Shown here in pieces: positions 18,650-28,129 of a stretch of DNA of 64,000 nucleotides (its first letter is position 1; every line of letters begins with the position of its first letter). The translations under genes and the position numbers were made by a program. The stretch covers positions 60,383 to 124,382 of the forward strand of contig JBEKFE010000009.1 in the NCBI GenBank assembly GCA_050013475.1, written 5' to 3'. Under the pieces are notes generated by a model. That model did no database searches. It was not told where the DNA came from and was given only the letters and a program-made list of their open reading frames with translations. The DNA is from Bacteroidales bacterium. GTDB lineage: Bacteria; Bacteroidota; Bacteroidia; Bacteroidales; VadinHA17.

Positions 18650-19447
18650 ATGCAAAAAATGAAAAGAATCCCCATCCTTAGCTTCCTGCTCCTGGTTGCA
18701 ACCTCAGCTCACGGGCAGAATTTTGTGAAAGACAATGATCTCTCAAAACAGGTCGAGATCGGAATAGTTGAAAAACTCGGTGACACAATTCCGCTAGACC
18801 TTGCATTCAATAATGAAAATAATGAGAGTGTGACCCTGAGACAGCTTATAAACAAGTCCACGATCCTGTGTTTTGTTTATTACGATTGCCCTGGCATTTG
18901 TCCAGCCCTCCAGATGGGCGTCTCAGATGTTGTAAGCCATCTCGATATGGAGCTTGGAAAGGATTACCAGATCATTTCAATCAGTTTTAATCCGCTCGAT
19001 AACCCGGAAAAGGCCAAAGAGATCAAAGTAAACTATGTTCAGAAAATAAGCGTCGACCATAGGAAAGACTGGATGTACCTGACCGGAACACAGGAAAATA
19101 TTTCAAGGATAACAGAAGCTGTGGGATTCAGGTATAAAGTCCAGGGAATGGGGTTTGCCCATCCTTCAGCTATAATGATCATAAGTCCTGCCGGTAAGAT
19201 CACAAGATATCTGTATGGACTTACTTATCTTCCGTTCGACGTAAAAATGGCCATTATTGAATCACAGAAAGGGCTGGCCAGGCCGACAATAAACAAGGTG
19301 ATGGAACTATGTTTCAGCTATAATCCAGGCAGCAGGACTTATACTCTGCAGGTTACAAGGATTGCAGGAATACTTACACTGTTTTTAGCTGTTGTCATTT
19401 TGACCATTCTGCTTTTTAAAGGAAGAAAGAAAACAAGAAACACCTAA
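18650..19447 (+). CDS. SCO1/SenC-family copper chaperone
   Basis: The thioredoxin-fold CPGICP motif, a downstream His, and a C-terminal helix. Confidence 0.8.
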   Translation: MQKMKRIPILSFLLLVATSAHGQNFVKDNDLSKQVEIGIVEKLGDTIPLDLAFNNENNESVTLRQLINKSTILCFVYYDCPGICPALQMGVSDVVSHLDMELGKDYQIISISFNPLDNPEKAKEIKVNYVQKISVDHRKDWMYLTGTQENISRITEAVGFRYKVQGMGFAHPSAIMIISPAGKITRYLYGLTYLPFDVKMAIIESQKGLARPTINKVMELCFSYNPGSRTYTLQVTRIAGILTLFLAVVILTILLFKGRKKTRNT

Positions 19448-19451
19448 CAAT

Positions 19452-21074
19452 ATGACTGGACCCGGAAACGAAGCCTACGTCAGCTACCTGGATTATCAGG
19501 GAAAGTACAAGGGGATACTTGGCTGGCTGCTTACCACCGACCATAAAAGGATCGGGTTAATGTATTTCTACGTGATCATTGTCTTTTTCTTCATTGCTGC
19601 ATTCCTGGGTCTGCTGATGAGGATTGAGCTCATTGCGCCAGGACCGACGATCATGGGGCCACAGACCTATAACGGGCTTTTCACGATACACGGAATAATA
19701 ATGATCTTTATTATTGTCATCCCCGCGCTGCCCGCAGTATTTGGCAATTTTTTCCTGCCTATCCTCATCGGGGCGAAGGACGTGGCATTTCCGCGACTTA
19801 ATCTGTTTTCATTTTACCTCTATATTCTTGGTGCTATACTTGGCGTTCTTTCCCAGTTTGCCGGAAACGGGCCTCCAGACACAGGCTGGACCTTCTATGT
19901 ACCTTACAGCGCACAGTCGAATACCAATGTTATCTATGCACTTGTTGCAGCATTTATCCTCGGCTTTTCTTCAATCCTTACAGGGTTGAATTTTATTGTT
20001 ACCATTCACAGGCTCAGGGCACCCGGAATGAATTGGTTCAGGATGCCTCTTTTCCCCTGGGCAATATACGCTACTGCATGGATCCAGGTCCTTGCCACCC
20101 CCATAGTGGGAATAACTTTGCTTATGGTAATTGCAGAAAGGGTTCTCCATATTGGTTTCTTCGATCCGGCTCTTGGAGGCGATCCTGTTCTCTTTCAGCA
20201 CCTTTTCTGGATATATTCTCATCCTGCAGTTTATATAATGATCCTTCCCGCCATGGGGATAGTCACGGAGATATTTCCGACATTCAGCCAGAAACCTGTC
20301 TTCGGGTACGGGGCCATAGCCATGTCGAGCATCGCAATTGCTTTTGTCGGGTACTTTGTCTGGGGTCACCATATGTTCACATCGGGAACAAGTTATGCAT
20401 CACGCTGGGTATTTTCATTCCTTACATTCATCGTGGCTGTGCCTAGTGCAATTAAGGTGTTTAACTGGATCTCAACCATGTACGGCGGATCCATCGATCT
20501 GAAACCGCCCCTTCTTTATGCCATCTCATTTATATTTCTTTTCATGATCGGAGGATTTACGGGCCTTACTCTCGGTTCACTGGCAACCAACATACAGGTT
20601 CATGCCACCTCATTTGTGGTGGCACATTTTCATTACATTATATTCGGAGGTATGGGCTTTGCAACATTTGCAGGGATACATTACTGGTTCCCAAAAATGT
20701 TCGGAAAGATGTACAATATTAAGATTGCAAATATAGCCTGGGGGATAAACTTTGTCGGATTCAACCTGCTTTATTTCCCGCAATTCATTATCGGATTACA
20801 GGGAATGCCAAGAAGGTATTTCGACTATCTTCCACAATTCCAGCCGGCCCAGGTCATTTCGACAATAGGGGGCTTTATACTGATCTCAGGTCTGATCCTG
20901 ATGCTTGTCAATTTCATGAGGGCAGCAAGAAGGGGCGAAGCTGCACCTGCAAATCCATGGAATGGGGTCACTCTCGAATGGAAGATACCCTCACCACCGC
21001 CGCATGAGAATTTTGACATCATACCGGAGATAACGACAAAGCCATACTTATTCGGAACAGGAACCACGGAGTAA
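19452..21074 (+). CDS. ctaD: Cytochrome c oxidase subunit I (heme-copper oxidase, A-type features)
   Basis: [14 protein letters not shown] (His-Tyr site), HHMF and VAHFHY motifs, and 12 or more helices. Confidence 0.95.
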   Translation: MTGPGNEAYVSYLDYQGKYKGILGWLLTTDHKRIGLMYFYVIIVFFFIAAFLGLLMRIELIAPGPTIMGPQTYNGLFTIHGIIMIFIIVIPALPAVFGNFFLPILIGAKDVAFPRLNLFSFYLYILGAILGVLSQFAGNGPPDTGWTFYVPYSAQSNTNVIYALVAAFILGFSSILTGLNFIVTIHRLRAPGMNWFRMPLFPWAIYATAWIQVLATPIVGITLLMVIAERVLHIGFFDPALGGDPVLFQHLFWIYSHPAVYIMILPAMGIVTEIFPTFSQKPVFGYGAIAMSSIAIAFVGYFVWGHHMFTSGTSYASRWVFSFLTFIVAVPSAIKVFNWISTMYGGSIDLKPPLLYAISFIFLFMIGGFTGLTLGSLATNIQVHATSFVVAHFHYIIFGGMGFATFAGIHYWFPKMFGKMYNIKIANIAWGINFVGFNLLYFPQFIIGLQGMPRRYFDYLPQFQPAQVISTIGGFILISGLILMLVNFMRAARRGEAAPANPWNGVTLEWKIPSPPPHENFDIIPEITTKPYLFGTGTTE

Positions 21075-21086
21075 TTCAAAAGGATC

Positions 21087-21701
21087 ATGACTGAACATCA
21101 CACAGAAAGCGAACAGTTCAACCAGGAGACCGGTAAGTTTGGGATGTGGATTTTCCTCCTTACAGAGCTTTTCCTCTTTGGAGGGCTGTTCCTGGTTTAT
21201 GCCGTCTTCAGGGCTGAGTATTCGCATGATTTTCATACTGCAGCCCGGGAGCTGAATACCTTCATCGGAACACTGAATACGGTATTTCTGCTTACAAGCA
21301 GTATGACAGTGGCTATGTCGCTGACCGCGATACAGAAAAACAGTCCGAAGCTTGCATTTTTCCTTGTATTCGTCACCCTAGTATTTGCTGCTCTCTTCAT
21401 GATGAACAAGTACATTGAGTGGACGCATAAATTTGAATATCATATATTCCCTGGCTCTCCAGTTCTGAAGAACCTTGCAAGAGGAGAGCTTCTTTTCTTC
21501 GGCCTTTATTACATGATGACAGGATTGCATGCGCTGCACGTTCTTGTCGGAATGATTCTTCTTTCGATAAACCTGGTGAAGATCAGGAGGGGAGCTGTGA
21601 ATGCGGGACATTATCTTCTTCTTGAAAACAGCGCGCTCTACTGGCATCTCGTCGATCTAATCTGGATATTCCTCTTCCCGCTGCTTTACCTGATAACCTG
21701 A
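21087..21701 (+). CDS. ctaE: Cytochrome c oxidase subunit III
   Basis: About 200 aa with 5 helices. [17 protein letters not shown] is the typical C-terminal motif. Confidence 0.85.
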   Translation: MTEHHTESEQFNQETGKFGMWIFLLTELFLFGGLFLVYAVFRAEYSHDFHTAARELNTFIGTLNTVFLLTSSMTVAMSLTAIQKNSPKLAFFLVFVTLVFAALFMMNKYIEWTHKFEYHIFPGSPVLKNLARGELLFFGLYYMMTGLHALHVLVGMILLSINLVKIRRGAVNAGHYLLLENSALYWHLVDLIWIFLFPLLYLIT

Positions 21702-21713
21702 AATACCTTCAAA

Positions 21714-21998
21714 ATGACGAATGAAAAACAGCATATTTCAAGCTACTCATCACTGGCCATAGTCCTGATAATATTATTGTTGCTGACGACACTCTCGGTC
21801 ACAGTCACATCATATCATCTGGGGGCATTTTCCGTTGCTATTGCACTGATAATTGCATCTGTCAAGGTTGCAACGGTGATAACGCAGTACATGCACATGA
21901 AGTTTGAAAGCCTGTTTCTCAAGCTTATGATTTCGGGGGTCTTTCTGATATTTGCCCTGGTTATCATTATTACTTTCATTGACTATTATTTCCGGTAA
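21714..21998 (+). CDS. Cytochrome c oxidase subunit IV-like small membrane protein
   Basis: 94 aa, 3 helices, located between the subunit III and subunit II genes. Confidence 0.55.
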   Translation: MTNEKQHISSYSSLAIVLIILLLLTTLSVTVTSYHLGAFSVAIALIIASVKVATVITQYMHMKFESLFLKLMISGVFLIFALVIIITFIDYYFR

Positions 21999-22016
21999 CC
22001 CTGTAAAAGAAAAAAT

Positions 22017-22946
22017 ATGTTTTCAGGTGCATCAAATCTTGCAGCAGGAGTAGATAAAGCGTTTGCTTTCATCTTCACTGTCGCCTTCATTTTTATAGTC
22101 GGGATAACTGTTTTCATGATCTATACAGTTATTCATTTCAACCGGAAGAAGGGCAGACCGGCAAAACAATTCTTTGGCAGTACAAAGCTGGAAATAATAT
22201 GGACCGGCGTTCCCCTGATACTGGTTTTACTTATGTTCTATTTCGGATGGATCGGCTTTGCCCCGATGCGTAAACCACCTAAAGATGCCATGGTTGTCAC
22301 AGCCGTTGGCAGGAAATGGGAATGGGAATTCGATTATGGGAATGGGATGAAATCAAAACAGCTTGTACTGCCGGTAAACAAGGCTGCCAGAATAAACCTT
22401 AAATCGGAGGATGTAAACCATAGTCTCTCAATTCCCGCATTCAGGGTAAAGGAGGATCTGATCCGCGGCTACAATGATTTCCTATGGTTCATCCCCAGTT
22501 ATGTTGGCAGCTATGAAATATTCTGCAGTGAATACTGCGGGCTTCTTCATTCAGCAATGCTTTCAAAAGCTGTGATCATGAATCAGGCCGATTTCGATAA
22601 ATGGTTCGAGGATCTGAAGAAAACGGGTATTCAACCTGATCATCCTGGCCTGGTAATTGTCAGGAACGCCGGTTGCCTGGCCTGCCATTCAACTGACGGT
22701 TCAAAGATTGTGGGTCCGACATTCAAAGGGCTGTACGGCTCGGAGAGGAATGAGATTGCACCTGGCGGACCGAAAAAGATCGTGGCTGATTCCGTGTTCA
22801 TAAAAAGAGCTGTATATGATCCCGATACTGAAGTGGCGTTTGGTTTCAGCAAAGGACTCATGAAATCTTATAAAGAAATTGTGAGCGAATCTGATCTACG
22901 GATTATTATCGAATACCTGAAAACCCTGTCCGGGAAGGAAAAATAG
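22017..22946 (+). CDS. ctaC: Cytochrome c oxidase subunit II with fused C-terminal cytochrome c domain (caa3 type)
   Basis: Two N-terminal helices, CuA motif H...CSEYCGLLHSAM, and C-terminal CLACH heme motif. Confidence 0.9.
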   Translation: MFSGASNLAAGVDKAFAFIFTVAFIFIVGITVFMIYTVIHFNRKKGRPAKQFFGSTKLEIIWTGVPLILVLLMFYFGWIGFAPMRKPPKDAMVVTAVGRKWEWEFDYGNGMKSKQLVLPVNKAARINLKSEDVNHSLSIPAFRVKEDLIRGYNDFLWFIPSYVGSYEIFCSEYCGLLHSAMLSKAVIMNQADFDKWFEDLKKTGIQPDHPGLVIVRNAGCLACHSTDGSKIVGPTFKGLYGSERNEIAPGGPKKIVADSVFIKRAVYDPDTEVAFGFSKGLMKSYKEIVSESDLRIIIEYLKTLSGKEK

Positions 22947-22947
22947 A

Positions 22948-23805
22948 ATGAAAAAGATCGCTCTCCTTGCGGACCTTACGAAGTATAAGCTTTCTCTTGC
23001 TGTTACTCTATCAGCTGCTACCGGTTATTTTATTTCAGGAAACGGAATCCAATCTTCATTTGTCGCACTTGTCAGCGGCATTTTTCTTCTCACCTCAGGA
23101 GCCGCTGCCCTGAACCAGTTTACCGAAAGAGGATCTGATGCCCTTATGGAGCGTACGAGGAACAGGCCAATACCATCATACAGGATCGATCCGTTACATG
23201 CCTTATATATTTCGATATTCCTTATAGCAGCCGGGCTTATCATTCTCTCCTTCTCAGGAATAATTCCCGTTTTACTGGCAGCACTGGCCATCATTCTCTA
23301 CAACCTGGCATATACAAAGCTTAAAAAGATAACTGTTCTTTCTGTCGTTCCCGGAGCACTGGTGGGAGTGTTGCCTCCGCTTATAGGATATACATCAGCC
23401 GGAGGAGCGCTTCACAGTGGTGAGATCATTATATTTTCATCGTTCATGTTCCTCTGGCAGCTTCCTCATTTCTGGATCATACTGATCAGGTTCAGGGAAG
23501 ATTACAGAAGGGCCGGTTTCAGTACCTTCAGGGCCGGTTTCTCAGAACTTCAGATTAAGATGCTGGTTTTTTTCTGGGTTTCTGTTACAACTTCCATGCT
23601 AATTGTTTTTTCTGTCAGAGAACTTGTTTTCAGCTGGCTTTTGAATTCCATGCTTATTATTCTGAACCTGATCTTTATACTCATTTTCTATTCCAGCCTT
23701 TTCGGGAAGAATGAGAACCGTTCAATAATGAGTGCCTTCATTCTTATCAACTCATTCAGCCTCCTTGTAATGATCCTTTTCATTCTTAATTCGCTGTTAA
23801 GGTAA
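22948..23805 (+). CDS. ctaB: Protoheme IX farnesyltransferase (heme O synthase)
   Basis: UbiA-family motif NQFTERGSDALMERTRNRPIP in a polytopic membrane protein. Confidence 0.85.
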   Translation: MKKIALLADLTKYKLSLAVTLSAATGYFISGNGIQSSFVALVSGIFLLTSGAAALNQFTERGSDALMERTRNRPIPSYRIDPLHALYISIFLIAAGLIILSFSGIIPVLLAALAIILYNLAYTKLKKITVLSVVPGALVGVLPPLIGYTSAGGALHSGEIIIFSSFMFLWQLPHFWIILIRFREDYRRAGFSTFRAGFSELQIKMLVFFWVSVTTSMLIVFSVRELVFSWLLNSMLIILNLIFILIFYSSLFGKNENRSIMSAFILINSFSLLVMILFILNSLLR

Positions 23806-23861
23806 CAGGTAACGTTTCGCGTTTCTAAATAATATTTTTTGTTCTGCTTTGTTTTCTATCA

Positions 23862-23869
23862 TACCTTTG
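23862..23869 (+). promoter_or_regulatory. Candidate -7 promoter box (TACCTTTG), with TTTG about 20 nt upstream
   Basis: Matches TAnnTTTG. A TTTG lies at 23838..23841. The box is 55 nt upstream of the lipoprotein start. Confidence 0.45.
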
Positions 23870-23924
23870 CATAAAGCAACAATACTGAACATTTTACGTT
23901 TATGTCTAAACAAAACCTCCTGCT

Positions 23925-24746
23925 ATGAAAAAAATCTTTCCTTCAACGCTTGTGGCATTTCTCCTCCTTGTTTTATGCTGGGGCTGCGAAAAAAAAGGCA
24001 CTCCTCCGACCCTGCCTCCGGCAGAATCGATGATCATCGATTTCAGTAACTTCATCGTATCCGGCAAATCAGTCAGGATTTCCGGCAATTCCAAAGATGT
24101 CGAAAATACGAACTGGACGGTCGCAGCTTCTGTTGCCGCCGTTTGGAACTCAATTCTTGTCTTAAACATTGCTATTCCGGTTGCAGCATTTGAAAAGGCA
24201 ATAAATACTACCCCGACGAATCTTGATAAGAATACATGGCAGTGGAAATATTCCGTAAATGCTATCGGCGCCACTTATACCGCAAGGCTGACAGGTCAGA
24301 AAAATACTTCTGATGTAACGTGGGATATGTACATATCAAAAGATGGCGCTAGCGGCTATGCTGAATTCCTGTGGTATGAAGGCACAACGGACCTTGATGG
24401 TAAGAACGGCTCCTGGACAATTAAAGAAAGCCAGGCCAATCAGGTTCCGATGCTTCAGATCGACTGGTACAAAAGCAGTTCATCCATTGATTCAATAAAA
24501 TACACCTATATCAAAGCCGGAGATGCATTCAACAGCAGTTATATCATGTACGGTCTTACTTCAAATACACTTAATGCATTTTACAATGTTTACTTCTGGT
24601 TGCCCAACATGTTGAAATTCACAAATGTCAGCATCCAGTGGAGCACAACTGTTCATAATGGCAGAATAGAGGCTGATGATTATTTCCAGGATAACAGCTG
24701 GCATTGCTGGGATTTAAATGGGGATGACGTTACCTGCCCTGAATGA
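23925..24746 (+). CDS. Hypothetical lipoprotein
   Basis: Lipobox-like signal MKKIFPSTLVAFLLLVLCWGC. I recognise no domain. Confidence 0.55.
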   Translation: MKKIFPSTLVAFLLLVLCWGCEKKGTPPTLPPAESMIIDFSNFIVSGKSVRISGNSKDVENTNWTVAASVAAVWNSILVLNIAIPVAAFEKAINTTPTNLDKNTWQWKYSVNAIGATYTARLTGQKNTSDVTWDMYISKDGASGYAEFLWYEGTTDLDGKNGSWTIKESQANQVPMLQIDWYKSSSSIDSIKYTYIKAGDAFNSSYIMYGLTSNTLNAFYNVYFWLPNMLKFTNVSIQWSTTVHNGRIEADDYFQDNSWHCWDLNGDDVTCPE

Positions 24747-24762
24747 TAAACGACGTAAATAT

Positions 24763-25428
24763 TCAATACCTGGAAGAGAGCTTCTGAAGCTCACTTGATT
24801 CGATGATATTTTTGCCCTCTGCTGTCAATACGAGGCTTATCATCGCCCTGGCAACATCACCTCCGTGAATAGCCCTGTATTTTGAAAGTTTTCCTATCAG
24901 GACCGGCTTAAATGCCGTCATGACTACTTTTCCTACTATTTCACTTGCTCTTATCTCTTTCCTTTCCCCGAGGAGCATCGATGGCCTGACGATTGAAATG
25001 CTTTCAAAATTAAGTTTCATTATTGCCTCCTCCATCTCGCCCTTGATACGGAGATAATAATTGGCTGAACCCGCTGAAGCTCCAAGCGATGAAACAACGG
25101 CTAATCGTTTTACTCCGTTTGCTGCTGCAATTGAAGCGATCTTAATGGGAAGATCTCTGTCGATCTTTTCCATGTTGGCGACCGAGCCGGCTTTTCTGAT
25201 GGTTGTGCCCAGACAGATATAAAGATCATCTCCCGTGATTTTCCCTGAAAAGCTTTCAGGATCAGAAAAATCCGAAACAATTTCTTCAACCTTTACCTCG
25301 GTTACCCCTGTTGCCTGCCTGACGAATGATTTGATCCTTACATATTTCTCCGACTGAACCAGCTCTTCAGCAAGGAGATTCCCTATAAGTCCTGTTGAAC
25401 CGAATACTATTGCTGTTCTGCTATCCAT
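24763..25428 (-). CDS. NAD(P)H-binding Rossmann-fold protein (atypical SDR / HTATIP2-like)
   Basis: N-terminal VFGSTGLIGNLL dinucleotide-binding motif. Confidence 0.75.
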   Translation of the reverse strand: MDSRTAIVFGSTGLIGNLLAEELVQSEKYVRIKSFVRQATGVTEVKVEEIVSDFSDPESFSGKITGDDLYICLGTTIRKAGSVANMEKIDRDLPIKIASIAAANGVKRLAVVSSLGASAGSANYYLRIKGEMEEAIMKLNFESISIVRPSMLLGERKEIRASEIVGKVVMTAFKPVLIGKLSKYRAIHGGDVARAMISLVLTAEGKNIIESSELQKLSSRY

Positions 25429-25516
25429 TGTGCCCGCTCTTATTTAAACCAGAATATCAGTATTCTCTTCAAAGCTAATTAATTTACGCTATAATTGATC
25501 ATGGTAAATAAAGAAT

Positions 25517-25588
25517 TGCCACAGAGGCACTCAGCCTTCACTTTAGTTTCGGCTGACAAAGTAAGACACAAAGTTCCACAAAGTTCAT
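25517..25588. repeat. Degenerate word-repeat element (CCACAGAGGCACTCAG ... GACACAAAGTTCCACAAAGTTC)
   Basis: Read directly. Same word architecture as 28012..28108 and 37748..37806. Confidence 0.55.
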
Positions 25589-25645
25589 TTCAACGAACTT
25601 CTTTAAATATCCACATATAGTTTGGAGTTTAATTAATTTTTGTTT

Positions 25646-25664
25646 TACTTTGTGTTTCAAAGTA
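25646..25664. promoter_or_regulatory. Candidate operator 1: TACTTTG-TGTTT-CAAAGTA (7-5-7 palindrome)
   Basis: Perfect 7-bp inverted arms, 12 nt upstream of the ATG at 25676. The flank CTTTTA is shared with operator 2. Confidence 0.55.
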
Positions 25665-25675
25665 CTTTTAAAGAT

Positions 25676-26308
25676 ATGGAAAACAATATTTCCTCGGCCG
25701 ATGAACTGAAGACAATAAGGAAGATAATGGAAGATTCTTCAAGGTTCCTTTCGCTTAGCGGGCTTTCAGGAGTGATTGCTGGAATTTTCGCAATAGCAGG
25801 AGCGCTGGTCGCCTGGTTATTTATCCTGAACCATGATATGCATTATGATGAGTATTTCCGGAGCATTTCTGCAAAGGAAGCCTCCCTCCTGAGGTGGCGG
25901 CTCATAGCAGATGCAATGACAGTTCTTTTCCTGTCCGTTCTAATCTCTCTTTATCTTTCCTCACGCAAGGCACACAAGGCAGGTAAAAACCTCTGGAGCC
26001 CGGTCTCAAGAAGGTTACTTGTCAACTTTGCCATTCCACTAATCACAGGCGGGATATTCGTAATCATTCTTCTGATCCAGAATCATATCCAGCTTATAGT
26101 CCCATGCTTTCTGATATTCTATGGGCTTGCCCTTCTGAACGCAGGTAAATTTACATATGGTGAGATATTCTATCTTGGCCTTCTTGAGATCATAACCGGC
26201 CTTGCTTCTGCCATTTTCCCTTCGCTTGGGATCTTATTCTGGGTTATCGGGTTTGGGATCCTGCATATAATCTATGGGTTATTCATGTATAGAAAATATG
26301 AGTCATGA
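25676..26308 (+). CDS. Hypothetical 5-6 helix membrane protein (first gene of the wHTH/creD module)
   Basis: Hydrophobic helices. The stop overlaps the regulator start (ATGA). Start at MENN; the TTG at 25640 would read through the palindrome. Confidence 0.6.
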   Translation: MENNISSADELKTIRKIMEDSSRFLSLSGLSGVIAGIFAIAGALVAWLFILNHDMHYDEYFRSISAKEASLLRWRLIADAMTVLFLSVLISLYLSSRKAHKAGKNLWSPVSRRLLVNFAIPLITGGIFVIILLIQNHIQLIVPCFLIFYGLALLNAGKFTYGEIFYLGLLEIITGLASAIFPSLGILFWVIGFGILHIIYGLFMYRKYES

Positions 26309-26601
26309 AAGACCTTATTTCAGGCTTAAATAAAATCTTTGATAGCAGGGTCAGGTTGGGAATTATGTCTGTCCTTATGGTAAACGACTCCTATGATTTC
26401 AACAGCTTCAAGGAGACCCTCGATGTCACCGATGGAAACCTTGCGAGCCACCTGAAAGCACTGGAAGAAAAAAAGATGATAATGGTCAACAAGCAGTTCA
26501 TCGGAAGAAAGCCAAATACCAGCTATACTGCCACAGACCAAGGGAGGCAGGTATTCAGGCAACATCTTAAAAATCTTGAAGATCTGATAAGATCACAATA
26601 A
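26305..26601 (+). CDS. Small winged-helix transcriptional regulator (98 aa)
   Basis: RLGIMSVL...FKETLDVTDGNLASHLKALEEKKMI...NTSYTATDQGR is a typical wHTH pattern. Translationally coupled to the upstream gene. Confidence 0.75.
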   Translation: MKDLISGLNKIFDSRVRLGIMSVLMVNDSYDFNSFKETLDVTDGNLASHLKALEEKKMIMVNKQFIGRKPNTSYTATDQGRQVFRQHLKNLEDLIRSQ

Positions 26602-26615
26602 TTTTTTTACTCTTA

Positions 26616-26634
26616 TACTTTGTATTACAAAGTA
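26616..26634. promoter_or_regulatory. Candidate operator 2: TACTTTG-TATTA-CAAAGTA
   Basis: Same 7-bp arms as 25646..25664, 25 nt upstream of the creD ATG. Confidence 0.55.
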
Positions 26635-26659
26635 CTTTTAGAAACTAAAACTTTATAAA

Positions 26660-27985
26660 ATGAAAATCGAAATCACAAACCAGGGTAAATGGCATCAGTC
26701 ACTTACTATAAAGCTTGGATTGCTGGCTTTTCTTGGAATAGTGCTCCTGATCCCGCTTCAGATGATAAAGCTGGTCATTCTCGAAAGACAATCAACAGCC
26801 GAAAAGACAAAAAAGGAGATCGGTAACCAGTGGGCTGATAAACAGTATATTGCAGGACCGATCCTCAATGTACCCGTAAGAACGATCCCGACTGATAAGG
26901 ATGAGAAGCCAAGGACGATAGTATGGCATATAATGCCCGAAAAACTTGACATCAGCGGGAACATCAACCCCGAAAAAAGGTATCGTGGCATTTACCAGTC
27001 AGTAGTTTATACCTCTCTTCTCCATATCGGTGGTGAATTTAATATGCCGGAACAGTCGGAAGTCAGAAATTTCCAGATATTCATTAACGATGCATATATT
27101 ACAATGGGCATCTCCGACAACAGGGGGTTACAAGGTGATGTAAGCCTCAAAACCGAATCAGGTATGCTTAAGGCAGAGCCGGGGGTAAGGGATCAGGATG
27201 TGTTTCAATCGGGCATTACATTCAGCTGTCCTCTTTCACCAGGGTTAAAAACAATAAGCTTCAGCATGGACCTGAATGTTTCAGGTTCCGAGGGGATCTA
27301 TTTCACCCCTGTTGGCAAAACTTCAAAAGTTCATCTTCAATCGGGATGGAGATCTCCAAGCTTTAATGGCAGTTTTCTTCCCTCAACCAGGAGAGTTGAT
27401 GGGACTGGATTCAGCGCGGACTGGTTCATCACGCACCTGAACCGCAACTTCCCCCAGAGCTGGAACGGGAATGCCTTCAATACAAAGGATAGCGCCTTCG
27501 GGCTCGATCTTTTCCTACCGGTTGATCATTACCAGAAATCCTGGAGAAGCGCTCGCTACGGGATCCTCTTTATTGCACTGACATTTCTTGTGCTCATTTT
27601 CCTTGAGATCACCAGGAAAGAGCCAATTCATATATTCAATTATTTCCTGGTATCGCTGGCTCTTCTGCTTTTCTTTTCTATGCTCAACGCACTGAGTGAA
27701 CAGACAGGGTTCAACCTGGCATACCTTATCTCCTCGGCGGCAATAATTACTCTGATCACAACCTTTACGGGAGCTCTTTTCCGCAACAGGAAGACTGCTC
27801 TTATAGTATTTGGAATGCTGGTAATGCTTTACCTTTTTATTTTTATTCTCCTCACGCTTAACGATTACGCCTACCTGGCAGGAAATCTTGGATTGTTCGT
27901 GCTCCTTGCCGTAGTAATGAGCCTCGCATCAAGAATGGACATCTTCAGGCGTGAAGAGCCAGCCGGAACAGGTAGTAAGGAGTAA
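26660..27985 (+). CDS. creD: Cell envelope integrity protein CreD family
   Basis: N-terminal anchor, a large periplasmic domain and a C-terminal bundle of about 5 helices. Pattern and length fit CreD. Confidence 0.75.
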   Translation: MKIEITNQGKWHQSLTIKLGLLAFLGIVLLIPLQMIKLVILERQSTAEKTKKEIGNQWADKQYIAGPILNVPVRTIPTDKDEKPRTIVWHIMPEKLDISGNINPEKRYRGIYQSVVYTSLLHIGGEFNMPEQSEVRNFQIFINDAYITMGISDNRGLQGDVSLKTESGMLKAEPGVRDQDVFQSGITFSCPLSPGLKTISFSMDLNVSGSEGIYFTPVGKTSKVHLQSGWRSPSFNGSFLPSTRRVDGTGFSADWFITHLNRNFPQSWNGNAFNTKDSAFGLDLFLPVDHYQKSWRSARYGILFIALTFLVLIFLEITRKEPIHIFNYFLVSLALLLFFSMLNALSEQTGFNLAYLISSAAIITLITTFTGALFRNRKTALIVFGMLVMLYLFIFILLTLNDYAYLAGNLGLFVLLAVVMSLASRMDIFRREEPAGTGSKE

Positions 27986-28011
27986 GTTTGATTGCTGTTC
28001 ATTCAGGATAA

Positions 28012-28108
28012 GCTGTTGAAAAAATCCTTTGTGGTTCAGATATTTAAGCTTAACCACAAAGGGACACAAAGGATTTCACAAAGGGACACAAAGGACTTTT
28101 TCAACAGC
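28012..28108. repeat. 97-bp nested palindromic element carrying CACAAAGG word repeats
   Basis: Outer inverted repeat GCTGTTGAAAAAATCCTTTGTG / CACAAAGGACTTTTTCAACAGC (21/22). Inner 11-bp stem CCTTTGTGGTT / AACCACAAAGG. Four further direct CACAAAGG words. Confidence 0.8.
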
Positions 28109-28129
28109 CCTTGAGCTATCTGTTTCTGT

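Noticed and set aside
28050-28094. A CRISPR-like appearance of the regularly spaced CACAAAGG repeats. The same applies to the other word arrays.
   Set aside because: The repeats are only 7-9 nt with 2-4 nt 'spacers'. There are at most 4-5 copies, and no cas genes are present. This is not a CRISPR array.
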